Origin: Albugo candida
Lineage: Eukaryota
Direction of reading: 5' to 3'
Assembly (NCBI GenBank): GCA_040437565.1
Contig: JBDOQK010000049.1
Span: forward strand, 62,001 to 126,000
DNA: 64,000 bases
The notes below the pieces were generated by a model. It saw only the letters and a list, made by a program, of their open reading frames with translations, did not search any database and had not been told where the DNA came from. The translations under genes and the position numbers were made by a program. Shown here piece after piece: positions 34,701 to 46,893 of this stretch (its first letter is position 1; every line of letters begins with the position of its first letter).

Positions 34701-34958
34701 TTATTTTATAGTATACAAAGCCTAGTAGTCAATAAGTCAATGATCGTGCACCAGTAAACAATCATGTGTCATGAAACTTCGTTCTAGTACTATCTACCAC
34801 ATAATGGGACACCAATGTGTTGCTTCGTAGCAGGGATGTTAAGATTTGGTCCTAGTGCATGCACACTTAATGTCTGACACATCCATCAATCTGAATATCT
34901 TGCTTTGATTGGTTGGAATACTCGGGTGAAGTGCATAACAACCAACTAAATCACGAAA

Positions 34959-36082
34959 ATGGATCTCAATCATATGCTCACAAAACTGATCGAAAAAAAT
35001 GATCTGACAACGGAAGAAGCCCGTTACGCAATGGAATTCATGACGTCGGAAGACTGTCGTGAAAACTCAGCTTCGATTGGAGCAATTCTGGCACTTTTGT
35101 CGTCGAAAGGTGAATCCGTTCAAGAAGTCACAACTTTTGCGGAATGTCTCCGAGAAAAAGGCGTTCCGATTTCTATCAGCGTACGTGCGTACTTCTGTAA
35201 TTATAAACTCTTTTACTACCCAATCACATCTCGTTACGATAGAATTCGGAAACGTTATTGGACATTGTCGGCACTGGCGGCGATGGTGCACAAACGGTAA
35301 ATATCTCAACAGCTGCAGCCATTCTCGTAGCATCGTGCGGTGCAAAAGTAGCCAAGCATGGTAACAGATCGGTGTCGAGTCGTTCTGGATCTGCTGACGT
35401 TTTGGAAGAGATGGGAATTCCAATGCTATCTGATCCCAACGATATCATCTCGTGCTTGCACCATGCTCGCATCACCTTCATCTATGCACCTCATTTCCAT
35501 CCATCCATGAAACATATTGCTCCCATTCGAAAGAGTATGAAAATTCGGTCAATCTTCAATATACTGGGTCCTCTAATCAACCCTGCGCGGTGCTCGAGAG
35601 TTGTCATTGGTGTCTATACACCCAAACTATTGGAGCTTTTCGGACATTGTATTGAAGGATTGGGTGTCGACCACGGACTTATCGTCCATTGTGCAGGATT
35701 GGACGAACTTAATTCATTGGGAGCCCCAGCAGAAATTGTCGAGGTTCGCAAAGGAAGGCCGATACAGAGATACCAGCTTCGACATGAAGATGTAGGTGTT
35801 CCATCGGCGACTTCGATCGAGTGTCTCCGAGGTGGAACAGCCGAAGAGAATGCTCACATTATCAAAAGAATTCTGTCAGGAAAATGGCAAGAGTCAGAGA
35901 CCATCTTGGCACACACAATTGCCTACAATGCAGGGGCAGGTCTGTATGTTTACGGACTTGCCGAGAGCATCCAACAAGGTTATCAGCGCGCGATGGATAA
36001 ACTTGTCCAAGGTGCGGCCATAGACACTCTCCAAGCATGGCAAGCGGCAGCTGGACGGTCTTTAGAGAGAGATCGTACATAA
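34959..36082 (+). CDS. trpD: Anthranilate phosphoribosyltransferase (intron 35181-35242)
   Basis: DIVGTGGDG, NISTAAA, VAKHGNRSVSSRSGSADVLE, FHPSMKH..PIRK, FNILGPLINPA and GLDE; in-frame GT-AG intron. Confidence 0.95.
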
Positions 36083-37342
36083 TAAGTTCGTTTGTGTAAT
36101 TCATTAAGTATGTATTGGATGTGCATAGGAAGCTGCACGTACTTGATACTAGACCTTTGGTGTTAAGTACTTACGTGAAAAGTGCTCTAGTCGCATTCGT
36201 CGAAACAGCTTTCACCCCTCCCCAAGTGCGTCTAGATACTGAAGGCCATATCTGATCAAACTGCATATTCCAGTGTTCGTTTACTTGAGGGTGCTTGGAC
36301 TCTATAGACTGCTCTCATTCTCGCGACCAACAGAACGGATGTTAAAAAGATTATATATCATCGGGTGGGACAACCGCTGCATTGCATAGAATGATAGATC
36401 AATGCCTGACCCCGCACGAAATACGTTCATGCGATCAAAACTTTCCGACACATAGCTGCGCCTCGCGTATCTTGAAATTCTGTCAGTTGTGCTTTACTAT
36501 AAGCGATGAGAACTTGAAAACTATCGTGTAATCACATTAGTGGTACGTGCAAAATAAAAGAATGTTTGCTTCATCACGACAGTGACACAAATGTTCGATA
36601 AGTGTACTATCCCAACAGAAAATCCGGTCAAGTTTCAGTCGGGCGTCTGACGTAAATATCCTAGTGTTGTGCATGGTAAATTACCGGCATTAAAATAGAA
36701 ACTAATTTGAATGGATCAGATGGACTTTCTGCTGCACGTTTACGACGACAAACTCTTTGCGACAACACACGCGCGACGCCTTTACACAACCCCTTCGCGT
36801 TGGAGCGACATTTACTATTCGAGCGTCGCATCAGCCGTACGTCTTCCGCGTAAAATACGTGGAAAACGCGTATATTACCACGTCAACGACCCCGTTTCCA
36901 TTTCCATCTCCCTTATTAAGAAAAAAAATACATATTCAAAAATTTTGTCGGCTTCTGTAAAAAAAGTATAAGGATAGAAAGGTCTGGTCGGATCACACGC
37001 ACTCAATCCAATTGACTGGCTGTATGACCGTTTTTTACAAGCGATTTATCCATCGACGGGTTTATGAGAAAGAGTTGGGGACTGCTGAGAAACAGAAAGA
37101 CGTTCGCCATTTCAAGCTTGCAGCATCAAGTAAAAATTTGATTCGATCTTTCAGTCAAATTATACGCGTTCGCGATTGATCGAAAACGATCATACCGCGT
37201 AGTGATTGGTTGTATTGAAGGAAAGAAAGCGAAACGCCGTTTTGGCTACATACTTTACGCGCTCACTTTTTCGTGTTTTTTCACCTGAAGTCTTCAAAGC
37301 GTATTATACTTGAAATTTTGTTTATGACGATAACGTGCTGGA

Positions 37343-40300
37343 ATGCCGCTTTTGCCATCGATCAGCTCAAAGAATCAAAGCACCACATCGACACCCCGAT
37401 CTACGACATCGCTCACACATTCCACACTCAATCGATCTAGCCATAATGTCGTGGAACAATCGACGAGTTATGCGAGTAGTGTGACCAATGCTATGTCACC
37501 TGCGTACCTCTCTATAAATACGTATTACAATCCCAATTCATGTACACAAGTCGCACAAGAACAAATTGTCGTCGGTATCAGTGCTTCGGTAGAAGATGGA
37601 GTGGAAGATTGGTCCAATGACTTTCGTTTAGATACGAATACCGGTGCGGAGCAATCGCTCGGAAATGTCAAGCACGAACCCGAGCTACCTGACCGTTCTA
37701 GCGCTACGGATGGGTATACACGTCAAGTCGATGTGCATACATTCATGAATCGTCTCTTTCCACCTGTTAAGTACGCTGCCACGCGAACATTGCATCACTA
37801 TCGAGAACACGCAACTCTATCACCTCCAACAATTCATAACGCTGATAACGAACAAAACAACAAATCGACAATATCCTCATTGGACGAAAATAATCCCGAC
37901 CATTTGCATGACAATAGTGGCACAGTATTCGACAAAAGTGGCACAATCATCGACCCGACCGAAACAAAAATCTCCGAAAGGCCTGAGAGTCTCGAGGACG
38001 AAGAAGAGGAGAATTGGGATGCTGAAATCGGTCTGGAGACATGCACCGATGGATACAATCGGTATGCTGTTGGCAGTGATACCCGTTCCGACAATTTCAA
38101 TATGTTTATCAAAGTCTTTCACGATATGATGGACGGCGAGGATATCGGTGATGAGGACGACGAGAGCAATTCTATACGACGCAAATCGCCTTCTTCATCA
38201 GACGGGAAAATGGCGCTCTTCCAGCGACGAAATGAGTCTCAATCGGAAAGTGGGATGAGCCAGGAACAATCTTCCGTGCATTCTGGAACGAGACCTTCGG
38301 TGGAAATGACGCTATCGGATCGATTCCGTCTCGTGGAGATTGCGTGTTCGTCAGCGTATGCTGTCCGTATTGAGCGATTTCCAAAACCGTGCACGAGCTA
38401 TCATCACATTGAGAAAGAATTCCAACTGCCGTGTTACTCGGACGCGAAATTTGAGCGATGGCTTCAGCGAATTGTGAGTGTGAAATGCAAATTATTCAAT
38501 CGGATTTTAGACAATGAACAGAGAAAAAAATCGATTGTGAACGCTACAAAATCGACTCGTTGTCCCTTTGAGAAAACGTTTGTGGTCAATGTATCCCGTC
38601 GACTGATGCTGTATCGTCATTGTGGAGATCAGACGCAAAGCCAAAGCCGAATTCTCGCGTATTTCAAGCATATTGTCAAGTGGAAAGAAACGTGTGGATA
38701 CGCATGCGTTCGTGAGGCTTTGTCAACGGAAGAATACGATTACATTGCGTGTTTGAATATGGAATTCGTACAGGAAGCTGCTCGCGTGTTTGCATCTGTG
38801 AAAGGCAGTGAGACTCTTAAATGGATGGAAGCATTCCAATTCATTCTTCGAGTGTGTCGTGCATCGTTTCCCGAGTATGAAGCCGTTCTCGCACTCATTG
38901 AGATCCGATACGTTTGTCATCATTTGGTGTCGTTTATCAGCTTCCAAGTTCGATACAATTGGAGTATTTGTGCGGAAGTAATGGCTCTGCCTCATTTTCT
39001 ATCGGAAAATAAACCGATTTCGAATTCCCTGCAAGAGATTTTGAATCATTACGGCGCTTTATTCTCATTCTGCACGCCAATTGCCACCGAACGACTCGCG
39101 TTGGAGAACAATTCAAACGAAAATGGCATTGAAATTGGCTCATTGAGCGGCTTGGCATTGGATCCCAATTGCATCAAAGCGCTCATTCTTTGCGATATCC
39201 AAAATCTGACCGATGGAAAGAGCGTTTTGACCGAAGAGAAATTTGTGGGCTTGTTAGATTTGGTGGATCTCGAACAGGATGCCAGCGATCGGAACAGTGC
39301 GTCTGAGCATGCAAGTCTTCGAGAGAATAATGACGAATGGCCCACCGAGTCGGAAGTGTTCGCATTGATCCCACAAGACACGGAATCCCGTCGTGTGGCT
39401 TTATTCGCATTGTTTGAGAACGTGCCTGCAGCGTATACACTGATCAAAGCGAAATGTGCTGTGATTTTGAGCTCACTGCATGCAGCCAATTTGACAATTG
39501 GAAGCACACGAACGGCTGAATCGCTGGCGTATGAGTCATTGTGCTTGTTGGAAATCGCGTCACGACATCAATTGTTGCATTCCACGGCTCAGGACGAAGA
39601 GCATTCCACAGACTTTGTGATCACAAACTTTAGCAATGGCGGTATTGTATCGGAATTGGGAAGAATTGTGATGGAAATATTGGGCGATCTTCTCATTAGC
39701 AATCAGAAATATCGCTTTGGAATTCGATGTCTCGAAGCCGCATGCGCCATTTACGCGTTCCTCCACCACGGAAACGAGTATGAAAAGCTCACACGACACA
39801 TGTGCACGCTCACATTGAAAGCAGAAGACGTCAAGCGAGCGCTAAGGCTCCACGAGAAAGTTGTGAAAATCGCTCAGGTTCATGGGAACGTCAATGAATT
39901 CGTATATCTCACACAAGTGCTTTCAGGCCTTTGGCTCCGTGAAGGGCAATTCGCACAGGCGGAAAAAGTCATTGATACGGCTTTACAATTCCTCCGCGAA
40001 TACTGTGGAATGCTGCCTCCATGTTTCTCAGAAAATGTGAATGGATCGAGTCCTCCGGCTTCCGAGACCACATCGAGCTTTTTGAGCGCCCGATCTTCCA
40101 ATACATTGAGTCAAACAACAGCAACTCTTTCGTCTCGATCGTTGTATTCCGGGGAATTAGAGTCATGGCTGAATCACGACGTGTCTTTACATTTGATGCT
40201 TCGCGATGTGTATCGGTCCTGCGGGCGCTTTATGAAAGCCGTTGCGGTTGTGGAGCATTTACTGAATTACAACATGCGCTTACCGCGTGGAAAACGAACA

Positions 40301-43300
40301 AATTTACGAATGCTTTTGGCGGAAGATGCTTTGAAATGTCGTTCTTTTGATCAGAGTTTTTGGATGTTGCAGGCGTTGGAACAGGAGGCTCTCAATTTCC
40401 ACGAGCGAGTCTGTGAAGTCGGAGGCGTACGATCTGTTGGCATCGGGACGGAAGCTCGTTTCGGGTACGATATGGTCACATCATGTCGCTATATATTGTG
40501 TCGGATCAAGCTTCATATCCGTCAAAGTGAGTTCCTTGCAGCAAGCGCGTGGCTGACAATTGCTCGTTTCAAATGCGTCGATCAAGGCGTTCAATTGAAT
40601 GCGAAATTGGACTTTTTGGACGCCAGTATCTATCTCCATGTATGTCGAGAAGCTCAGGAGCGTTCCTTGCTATCTCCCGATAATATGACACCAAAAATGC
40701 ATGGAAATGTGCTCGAAATCATCCAAATGTTTACGGGTTCCATGTACGCACTATCGACGAAACAATTGTCAGAGCTGAATACGCGATTGGAGCAGATGAG
40801 TGTGTGCCTTCAGGACATTTCCCACGCTATGAAACAAGGCATTCAGGCTGCTTGGGTGGCGTTGGAGCGATATCAAACGTTGGAAGACCGCGTGCATCAG
40901 ATCAAGACGCTGTTACTGCTCGTTAATCTTCACACAGATCCCATTCGACTCGCCGTATTTGCGTGTGGGAATCAATACGAAAACGACGTTCAGTGTCGAT
41001 ATTTGAGACGAACGCTTGGCGACTGCAAATGCGTATCGGATGTCGCGAAAATGAATCTCTTACAAGCACAAAAGCTGTTGGCGTCCGCGTTGAGTCTTTC
41101 CGAACAAGTAGCCGATGTATTCCTTCACGTTGAAGCGCTGATCAAATGTGCAGAGATTTGGATGCTTTTGGAGAAGATTTTGTGTCAGAATCGAAAGAAT
41201 CGACAGCTTAAAGAAGCCGGCGCGTGTTGGGAAGAAGCCGTCAAACTTATCAAAGCCGTCTTTTTCCGTCGCGTCTCTTTCTGCGACGTGGAAACCACTG
41301 ATGCGAGTTTTCGTTTGACGCAGAAAAAGAGCAATTTCAGCGTCAATAACGTCTGTGAGCTGGCAAGTACGTTCTCGATCGTCCCCGTCGTCAATTTCTC
41401 CGAGACGTTCCTTCTTCGACTCGACGATTGGCTCATGTCACTCATTTGGACCGCGTGTGTGTTCCTAAAGACGGATCGATTGCCCGTGTACCTGGACAGC
41501 ATCATCGGAATCCATTTCGATGAGCTGTTGAGCGCCCGAATGGGTCTAGAAAACATCCTCCATCAGCTGCGTGTGTACCGGACACATCAAGTCGCCATTT
41601 GGATCGGAAATGCCAACACACACAATTGCATGAGCTCGAGTCATCGCGTGTCATCGTCGTCGATCATTCAAAGAAGCTTCATCGAGTCGCCGCGATTGGA
41701 AGAACAAAGCTCGCCATTTGGAAAAGTATCAATGGCATCACCGTCCACGACGTCCTCAAGCGGAAGTTCTTCTCGCACGCATACGCATCGAAGCTCCAAA
41801 GCAAAACGATGCAGCCAACATCGAAAAAATCTGTCCATGTCGTCGATTTCGGAATTATTAGCATCGAATGTGATCGCTCCGTCCTCGTTCCACGACGCTT
41901 CTAACTCGTACGACAATTGCAAAGGAGTCGTATCCTGCAAACCTCTGCTCATGTCGCCACGAATCGGTCTCGTGAGTTTTGAAAAGCGCGGACAGGACAC
42001 TGGCATTCGGGACGCATACAATTCGACTTCGGCTTTGGCTTCGACTTTGATGAATTTCGACAAAACTTCAGAGAGCTCGGCACATAGTAACAGTACGAAT
42101 CGGTCGCGAGTCCGTGCGTCGTTATTGGGGACGCCCAACAATTCGATAAATGGCGACCATGCAGTCGATATGCTGCGAAGTGGATCGCGGAATACACGTC
42201 CGAGCGTATTGAGTCGTGGGTCCAGCGTCAGTAGCGGCTTTAACGATTTGGATCCCGCACATTCGGCGAAGTTGCGTTGGGTCTTCAATGAGTGGAGTGC
42301 TGCCAAACGCAATTATATTGGCGGCAAATTCGATGTGACAGCATTGAGGTATCAGAATCTTCGGACACTTCGATTCCTTTTGGATGCATTTGACGCCCAA
42401 CAAGTGGCGATTTTGTGTCGGACGCGTAAAAAAGACGGAAATGAAGCGAATGGAACGGGAAAAGCGGAGAGGGCTTTTGACTTGCAGGGATTTGATGTCG
42501 CGCATTTGAACTCCCACGCGTTGTTTCAGTACAAAAATCACGTATTTGTGATCGGATACGACGCGATACGAACGTCGTACGATGATTCCCAATTCAAATT
42601 CAAAGTGTTTGGCGTTCGTGAAGGCGCTACATTTGAATGGAAATCACAGATCCCGCGGCCGGAATGGTATTTGACGCATTACGACAACTCGGAAGCCGAT
42701 ACAGCTGCAATTGGACACGGGATTTTACGCACAATGAGGCTTTTGGGGATCAAACGTTTGCTCAAGATTCTAGGCTCTCTCCTGCTGGAAATTCCATTAG
42801 TGGTCATCGGCTCTTCGTTCCCGCAGATCAAAGACGTCACATTGAGTCTGATGAAGCTCCTGTATCCTTTCCAATGGCCTCACGTGTGTGTTCCATTCCT
42901 TCCGGTGTCGTCGTGGCGCTTTGCGTACGATNNNNNNNNNNNNNNNNNNNNNNNNNNNNNNNNNNNNNNNNNNNNNNNNNNNNNNNNNNNNNNNNNNNNN
43001 NNNNNNNNNNNNNNNNNNNNNNNNNNNNNNNCTGGGAAACATTCGTACAACAATGCGATTCAATTGCCTCGAAAATGGCGAAAAACTGTTTTAGAGAAAT
43101 TGACGCGTGCTGTCAAGTACACGCGTCGACTTCAACAGAAAACAGCCCGTATAGAGTCGCGTCAATCACACGGTGTATCGTCGTTGGATATATTGCATTT
43201 CTCGCGTCAGAGCCATCACGAGCATCACACTCGTTCCGCTTCACATTGGGTCAGCAGTAATATCGACTCGTTGGGGAGTAAGATGGCTATGCACCCGTGG

Positions 43301-43888
43301 CAATTTACTCCGTCCACAAACATGCGCGTCACCAAAAGCATTCGCGGCGATCGGAATACTCTGAAAATTGATTCGGATGAGCGTCAATATTACGGATTTG
43401 AGTGTAGTGCTGTGTTACGGAATGGCGTCGTTGAAATACACGCAAAGCTTTTACAATGTTGTGCCGAGTATCAGAAAAAGAAGTGCAGACAGAAAAGCAA
43501 GCGGAGTGCTGCTAAACAGGAGATAAAATCATGGTTTTCTTCGGCTCACGATATGGACGCGTTTGTCGAGAGATTTTGCCAAACAAAGCTGTATCTACAG
43601 TTTAAAGAGAGTGCGCGGGAGAAAGGATATGTACCGTCAGAATGGATGTGTGAAAGACAGCGAATGTGTGTGAATGATGGTCAAATGGCGGCACAATTGA
43701 GCGCGAGAAATCCGCGGTGGGGAGGGAATTGGACGATTAGACAGCTGCAGGTAATGGCTCCGATGAATAGCGCGCAGTCTGTTTCGTCGTCGAGGCATTC
43801 GTATCGTCATAGTGGCGTGCTATCGAACCCGTCAACGGGAAGAGCGCCAAGTGCAACTTTGATGAATTTGGCGACGATATCGATTTGA
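37343..43888 (+). CDS. Very large protein (about 2180 aa) with helical-repeat-like middle and C-terminal DENN-like segments
   Basis: Single long ORF with a gap at 42932-43031. LLLEIPLVVIGSS...LMKLLYPFQWPHVCVPFLP resembles the cDENN core and FVERFCQTKLYLQF resembles dDENN. Ser-rich termini. Confidence 0.6.
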   Translation: MPLLPSISSKNQSTTSTPRSTTSLTHSTLNRSSHNVVEQSTSYASSVTNAMSPAYLSINTYYNPNSCTQVAQEQIVVGISASVEDGVEDWSNDFRLDTNTGAEQSLGNVKHEPELPDRSSATDGYTRQVDVHTFMNRLFPPVKYAATRTLHHYREHATLSPPTIHNADNEQNNKSTISSLDENNPDHLHDNSGTVFDKSGTIIDPTETKISERPESLEDEEEENWDAEIGLETCTDGYNRYAVGSDTRSDNFNMFIKVFHDMMDGEDIGDEDDESNSIRRKSPSSSDGKMALFQRRNESQSESGMSQEQSSVHSGTRPSVEMTLSDRFRLVEIACSSAYAVRIERFPKPCTSYHHIEKEFQLPCYSDAKFERWLQRIVSVKCKLFNRILDNEQRKKSIVNATKSTRCPFEKTFVVNVSRRLMLYRHCGDQTQSQSRILAYFKHIVKWKETCGYACVREALSTEEYDYIACLNMEFVQEAARVFASVKGSETLKWMEAFQFILRVCRASFPEYEAVLALIEIRYVCHHLVSFISFQVRYNWSICAEVMALPHFLSENKPISNSLQEILNHYGALFSFCTPIATERLALENNSNENGIEIGSLSGLALDPNCIKALILCDIQNLTDGKSVLTEEKFVGLLDLVDLEQDASDRNSASEHASLRENNDEWPTESEVFALIPQDTESRRVALFALFENVPAAYTLIKAKCAVILSSLHAANLTIGSTRTAESLAYESLCLLEIASRHQLLHSTAQDEEHSTDFVITNFSNGGIVSELGRIVMEILGDLLISNQKYRFGIRCLEAACAIYAFLHHGNEYEKLTRHMCTLTLKAEDVKRALRLHEKVVKIAQVHGNVNEFVYLTQVLSGLWLREGQFAQAEKVIDTALQFLREYCGMLPPCFSENVNGSSPPASETTSSFLSARSSNTLSQTTATLSSRSLYSGELESWLNHDVSLHLMLRDVYRSCGRFMKAVAVVEHLLNYNMRLPRGKRTNLRMLLAEDALKCRSFDQSFWMLQALEQEALNFHERVCEVGGVRSVGIGTEARFGYDMVTSCRYILCRIKLHIRQSEFLAASAWLTIARFKCVDQGVQLNAKLDFLDASIYLHVCREAQERSLLSPDNMTPKMHGNVLEIIQMFTGSMYALSTKQLSELNTRLEQMSVCLQDISHAMKQGIQAAWVALERYQTLEDRVHQIKTLLLLVNLHTDPIRLAVFACGNQYENDVQCRYLRRTLGDCKCVSDVAKMNLLQAQKLLASALSLSEQVADVFLHVEALIKCAEIWMLLEKILCQNRKNRQLKEAGACWEEAVKLIKAVFFRRVSFCDVETTDASFRLTQKKSNFSVNNVCELASTFSIVPVVNFSETFLLRLDDWLMSLIWTACVFLKTDRLPVYLDSIIGIHFDELLSARMGLENILHQLRVYRTHQVAIWIGNANTHNCMSSSHRVSSSSIIQRSFIESPRLEEQSSPFGKVSMASPSTTSSSGSSSRTHTHRSSKAKRCSQHRKNLSMSSISELLASNVIAPSSFHDASNSYDNCKGVVSCKPLLMSPRIGLVSFEKRGQDTGIRDAYNSTSALASTLMNFDKTSESSAHSNSTNRSRVRASLLGTPNNSINGDHAVDMLRSGSRNTRPSVLSRGSSVSSGFNDLDPAHSAKLRWVFNEWSAAKRNYIGGKFDVTALRYQNLRTLRFLLDAFDAQQVAILCRTRKKDGNEANGTGKAERAFDLQGFDVAHLNSHALFQYKNHVFVIGYDAIRTSYDDSQFKFKVFGVREGATFEWKSQIPRPEWYLTHYDNSEADTAAIGHGILRTMRLLGIKRLLKILGSLLLEIPLVVIGSSFPQIKDVTLSLMKLLYPFQWPHVCVPFLPVSSWRFAYDXXXXXXXXXXXXXXXXXXXXXXXXXXXXXXXXXXGKHSYNNAIQLPRKWRKTVLEKLTRAVKYTRRLQQKTARIESRQSHGVSSLDILHFSRQSHHEHHTRSASHWVSSNIDSLGSKMAMHPWQFTPSTNMRVTKSIRGDRNTLKIDSDERQYYGFECSAVLRNGVVEIHAKLLQCCAEYQKKKCRQKSKRSAAKQEIKSWFSSAHDMDAFVERFCQTKLYLQFKESAREKGYVPSEWMCERQRMCVNDGQMAAQLSARNPRWGGNWTIRQLQVMAPMNSAQSVSSSRHSYRHSGVLSNPSTGRAPSATLMNLATISI

Positions 43889-44930
43889 TATTAGATTGAG
43901 GAGGTGTGGAGTGGTGTTATTTAATGTATTGATAGAAATATATAAGAATAGGGAGACGTTTTAGATTAGGGAGGAAAGAAAAGAAACATTCCAAAATGAA
44001 GCATGCAAATCGGTATAAGATGATACCCTGGTAATACGAATATCTGTGCTAGATAAAATGCTCATATTCTTCTTATGGCTTTTGATAGATCGCTTATCTT
44101 TTACAAGTTGCTCATTTTTATAAAATGATGACACACCGATGGTATGACATCCCTCATGAAAATAACATCGTGACAGAAAGGGTATAATGTGTGGAGTGCG
44201 TTTAACAAAGTGTGATTGTTACCAGTTGGAGATTGAGCTGTAATCCGGCTCAAATGCTCTCATTTCGGCGGATTGAATAGTTGTATGAGTAGCGTGATAC
44301 CCTTAAAGAGTCAGCCATTCCGCATGCGGTCCATTTCATGTATAAATTGATTGTGCACCTGCGAATTTAGCTGTAAAAGTTGTGTCCATTCCAATTCCCA
44401 AAAGAGACAACAAGAGTGCGACACGACTGTTGTTGAGGCCACTATCACCTTTGGATCCAACGCATACCTTTATACCTTTGTCATTCCCAACTCTTTCTCC
44501 TTAAGGCACACTTTTATTGATGATACGTTGATCCTTCCTCACTCCAAATGCTTGTGGAGGTCATGAGGTACAACCTGGATATGCCTTCTCCGATATAGGC
44601 GAGATTTATGCCCGCTAGGACTCCGAATCGCGTCATACTGCGGTCGTGGAACACTATCTCTACAGCGAGCTCTTGATGGACGACATCTCGAGTAAGCTGT
44701 GTATACGAGATACAGACTACTCTGCAACAACGTGGGGACATATCGCCCTAGTGCCCCGATACGCATGTAGTACGGCTCTTTAAGGGACATGTGTCAGGAG
44801 ACGTTGATCAGGAAACGATTGCACCTCAGCGTCCTAGAGCTGGTGAAGCGTACGCGAGGGAGAGTACGCCCTTTCAGTGTCCTGTGTAGTCGCACGAGTC
44901 GATTAGATGTACTCGACTAAGGCCTCGGTG

Positions 44931-46430
44931 GCAGTTCGTTGCGATCAAGGTACTTGGGTACATCAAGGTGAACTCCAGCACGTATACGCTTCGATGCAAA
45001 TCAGTGAACGGGTCAAGCTCGTAACCTCTTTAAGATGGAATTTTCCTGCCTGATCTCATCCGACCAGTACTTCAGAAATCCCTGTGAGATGCGTAAGACA
45101 ATCACATCGAACCGAAGCTCATGCCACTATTGAACCCCTTTCATACCGTTGACCGGGGTCGAACGCGATGCCAGCACGGAGAGGGTGCGAAGTCAATTTA
45201 CGATTCCGCAAGAAAAGTTCGTTCATTGTCTGGGTCAACTCACGAAAGACCGGTTTTTATGGTTCAATTACGTTCGTTCATCTTTCCTAGGTCTTCCACC
45301 AAATGTATCGATCCTAGCTATCACGTCGCTATTTATCTCATGTTGGCGTCGAGCGAGGCCCTTTGCAGTTGACATACCGGCAGTTAGTTGTCAAGGGCAT
45401 GTGTACTTGGGGAGCTAATGATTTAATCAAAGGTTGTGATGTGAATGGGTAGAGGGTCTTTTGGAGTGTACGTCGTAGTTGGTACTCATTTATTTGTAAA
45501 TGTCATTTATGGGTCTATATCTATGCTGAGATTTTTTGGAATAAGAAATGGTCAGTTCGTATTCGAAGCATCACTTATTTGACCGAATGTTCTTTTTTCG
45601 GAAGATGATACTGTCAACTGACGAGTGATANNNNNNNNNNNNNNNNNNNNNNNNNNNNNNNNNNNNNNNNNNNNNNNNNNNNNNNNNNNNNNNNNNNNNN
45701 NNNNNNNNNNNNNNNNNNNNNNNNNNNNNNGCAGTTCGTTGCGATCAAGGTACTTGGGTACATCAAGGTGAACTCCAGCACGTATACGCTTCGATGCAAA
45801 TCAGTGAACGGGTCAAGCTCGTAACCTCTTTAAGATGGAATTTTCCTGCCTGATCTCATCCGACCAGTACTTCAGAAATCCCTGTGAGATGCGTAAGACA
45901 ATCACATCGAACCGAAGCTCATGCCACTATTGAACCCCTTTCATACCGTTGACCGGGGTCGAACGCGATGCCAGCACGGAGAGGGTGCGAAGTCAATTTA
46001 CGATTCCGCAAGAAAAGTTCGTTCATTGTCTGGGTCAACTCACGAAAGACCGGTTTTTATGGTTCAATTACGTTCGTTCATCTTTCCTAGGTCTTCCACC
46101 AAATGTATCGATCCTAGCTATCACGTCGCTATTTATCTCATGTTGGCGTCGAGCGAGGCCCTTTGCAGTTGACATACCGGCAGTTAGTTGTCAAGGGCAT
46201 GTGTACTTGGGGAGCTAATGATTTAATCAAAGGTTGTGATGTGAATGGGTAGAGGGTCTTTTGGAGTGTACGTCGTAGTTGGTACTCATTTATTTGTAAA
46301 TGTCATTTATGGGTCTATATCTATGCTGAGATTTTTTGGAATAAGAAATGGTCAGTTCGTATTCGAAGCATCACTTATTTGACCGAATGTTCTTTTTTCG
46401 GAAGATGATACTGTCAACTGACGAGTGATA
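44931..46430. repeat. Identical 700-bp duplication across N-gap (44931-45630 = 45731-46430), likely assembly overlap
   Basis: Exact copies with offset 800 around the gap at 45631-45730. Confidence 0.8.
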
Positions 46431-46893
46431 CTATAAGTTGGTTGTTGATAAACGAAGCAGGTGGTTGATTATTCGAAATACAACCGACTTTCTCTATGAA
46501 ATGAAATTACGACTAAAGCTAAACTCCTACCTAAGTACTTCACCAATGAATGCATTGGAAGGGATGGACACTATCGGTGATTCCCATCTATCTATCGTCG
46601 AAATGCCAAGAACAAAGGAATAATGCATTGCATCACCTGTACCCGACGCGCGTGCATAACTCTCACCAAAGTGATGGCTGGCGTCAACATTTTTATATAA
46701 AGATTACATGTTTTCGAAAGAATGCGTACACTTTCGGTTAGGGGATCACCATATAGATGAGATGCGCTCACGAAAGGCCGATTCTATATTTAATATCGAA
46801 ACTCTACACTAAAGTTAGCCCACTTTATATATACGCAATGGTTTTTTCTTCTGGAGGTTGCATACCACTCACTCTTCTCATTGTTAAAAAAGC

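Noticed and set aside
34959-36082. trpD as bacterial contamination or recent horizontal transfer
   Set aside because: It has a spliceosomal intron and sits in ordinary eukaryotic context.
44931-46430. 700-bp direct repeats as LTRs of a retrotransposon collapsed in the gap
   Set aside because: No TG...CA termini, PBS/PPT or gag-pol remnants were recognised. The geometry matches the other gap overlaps.
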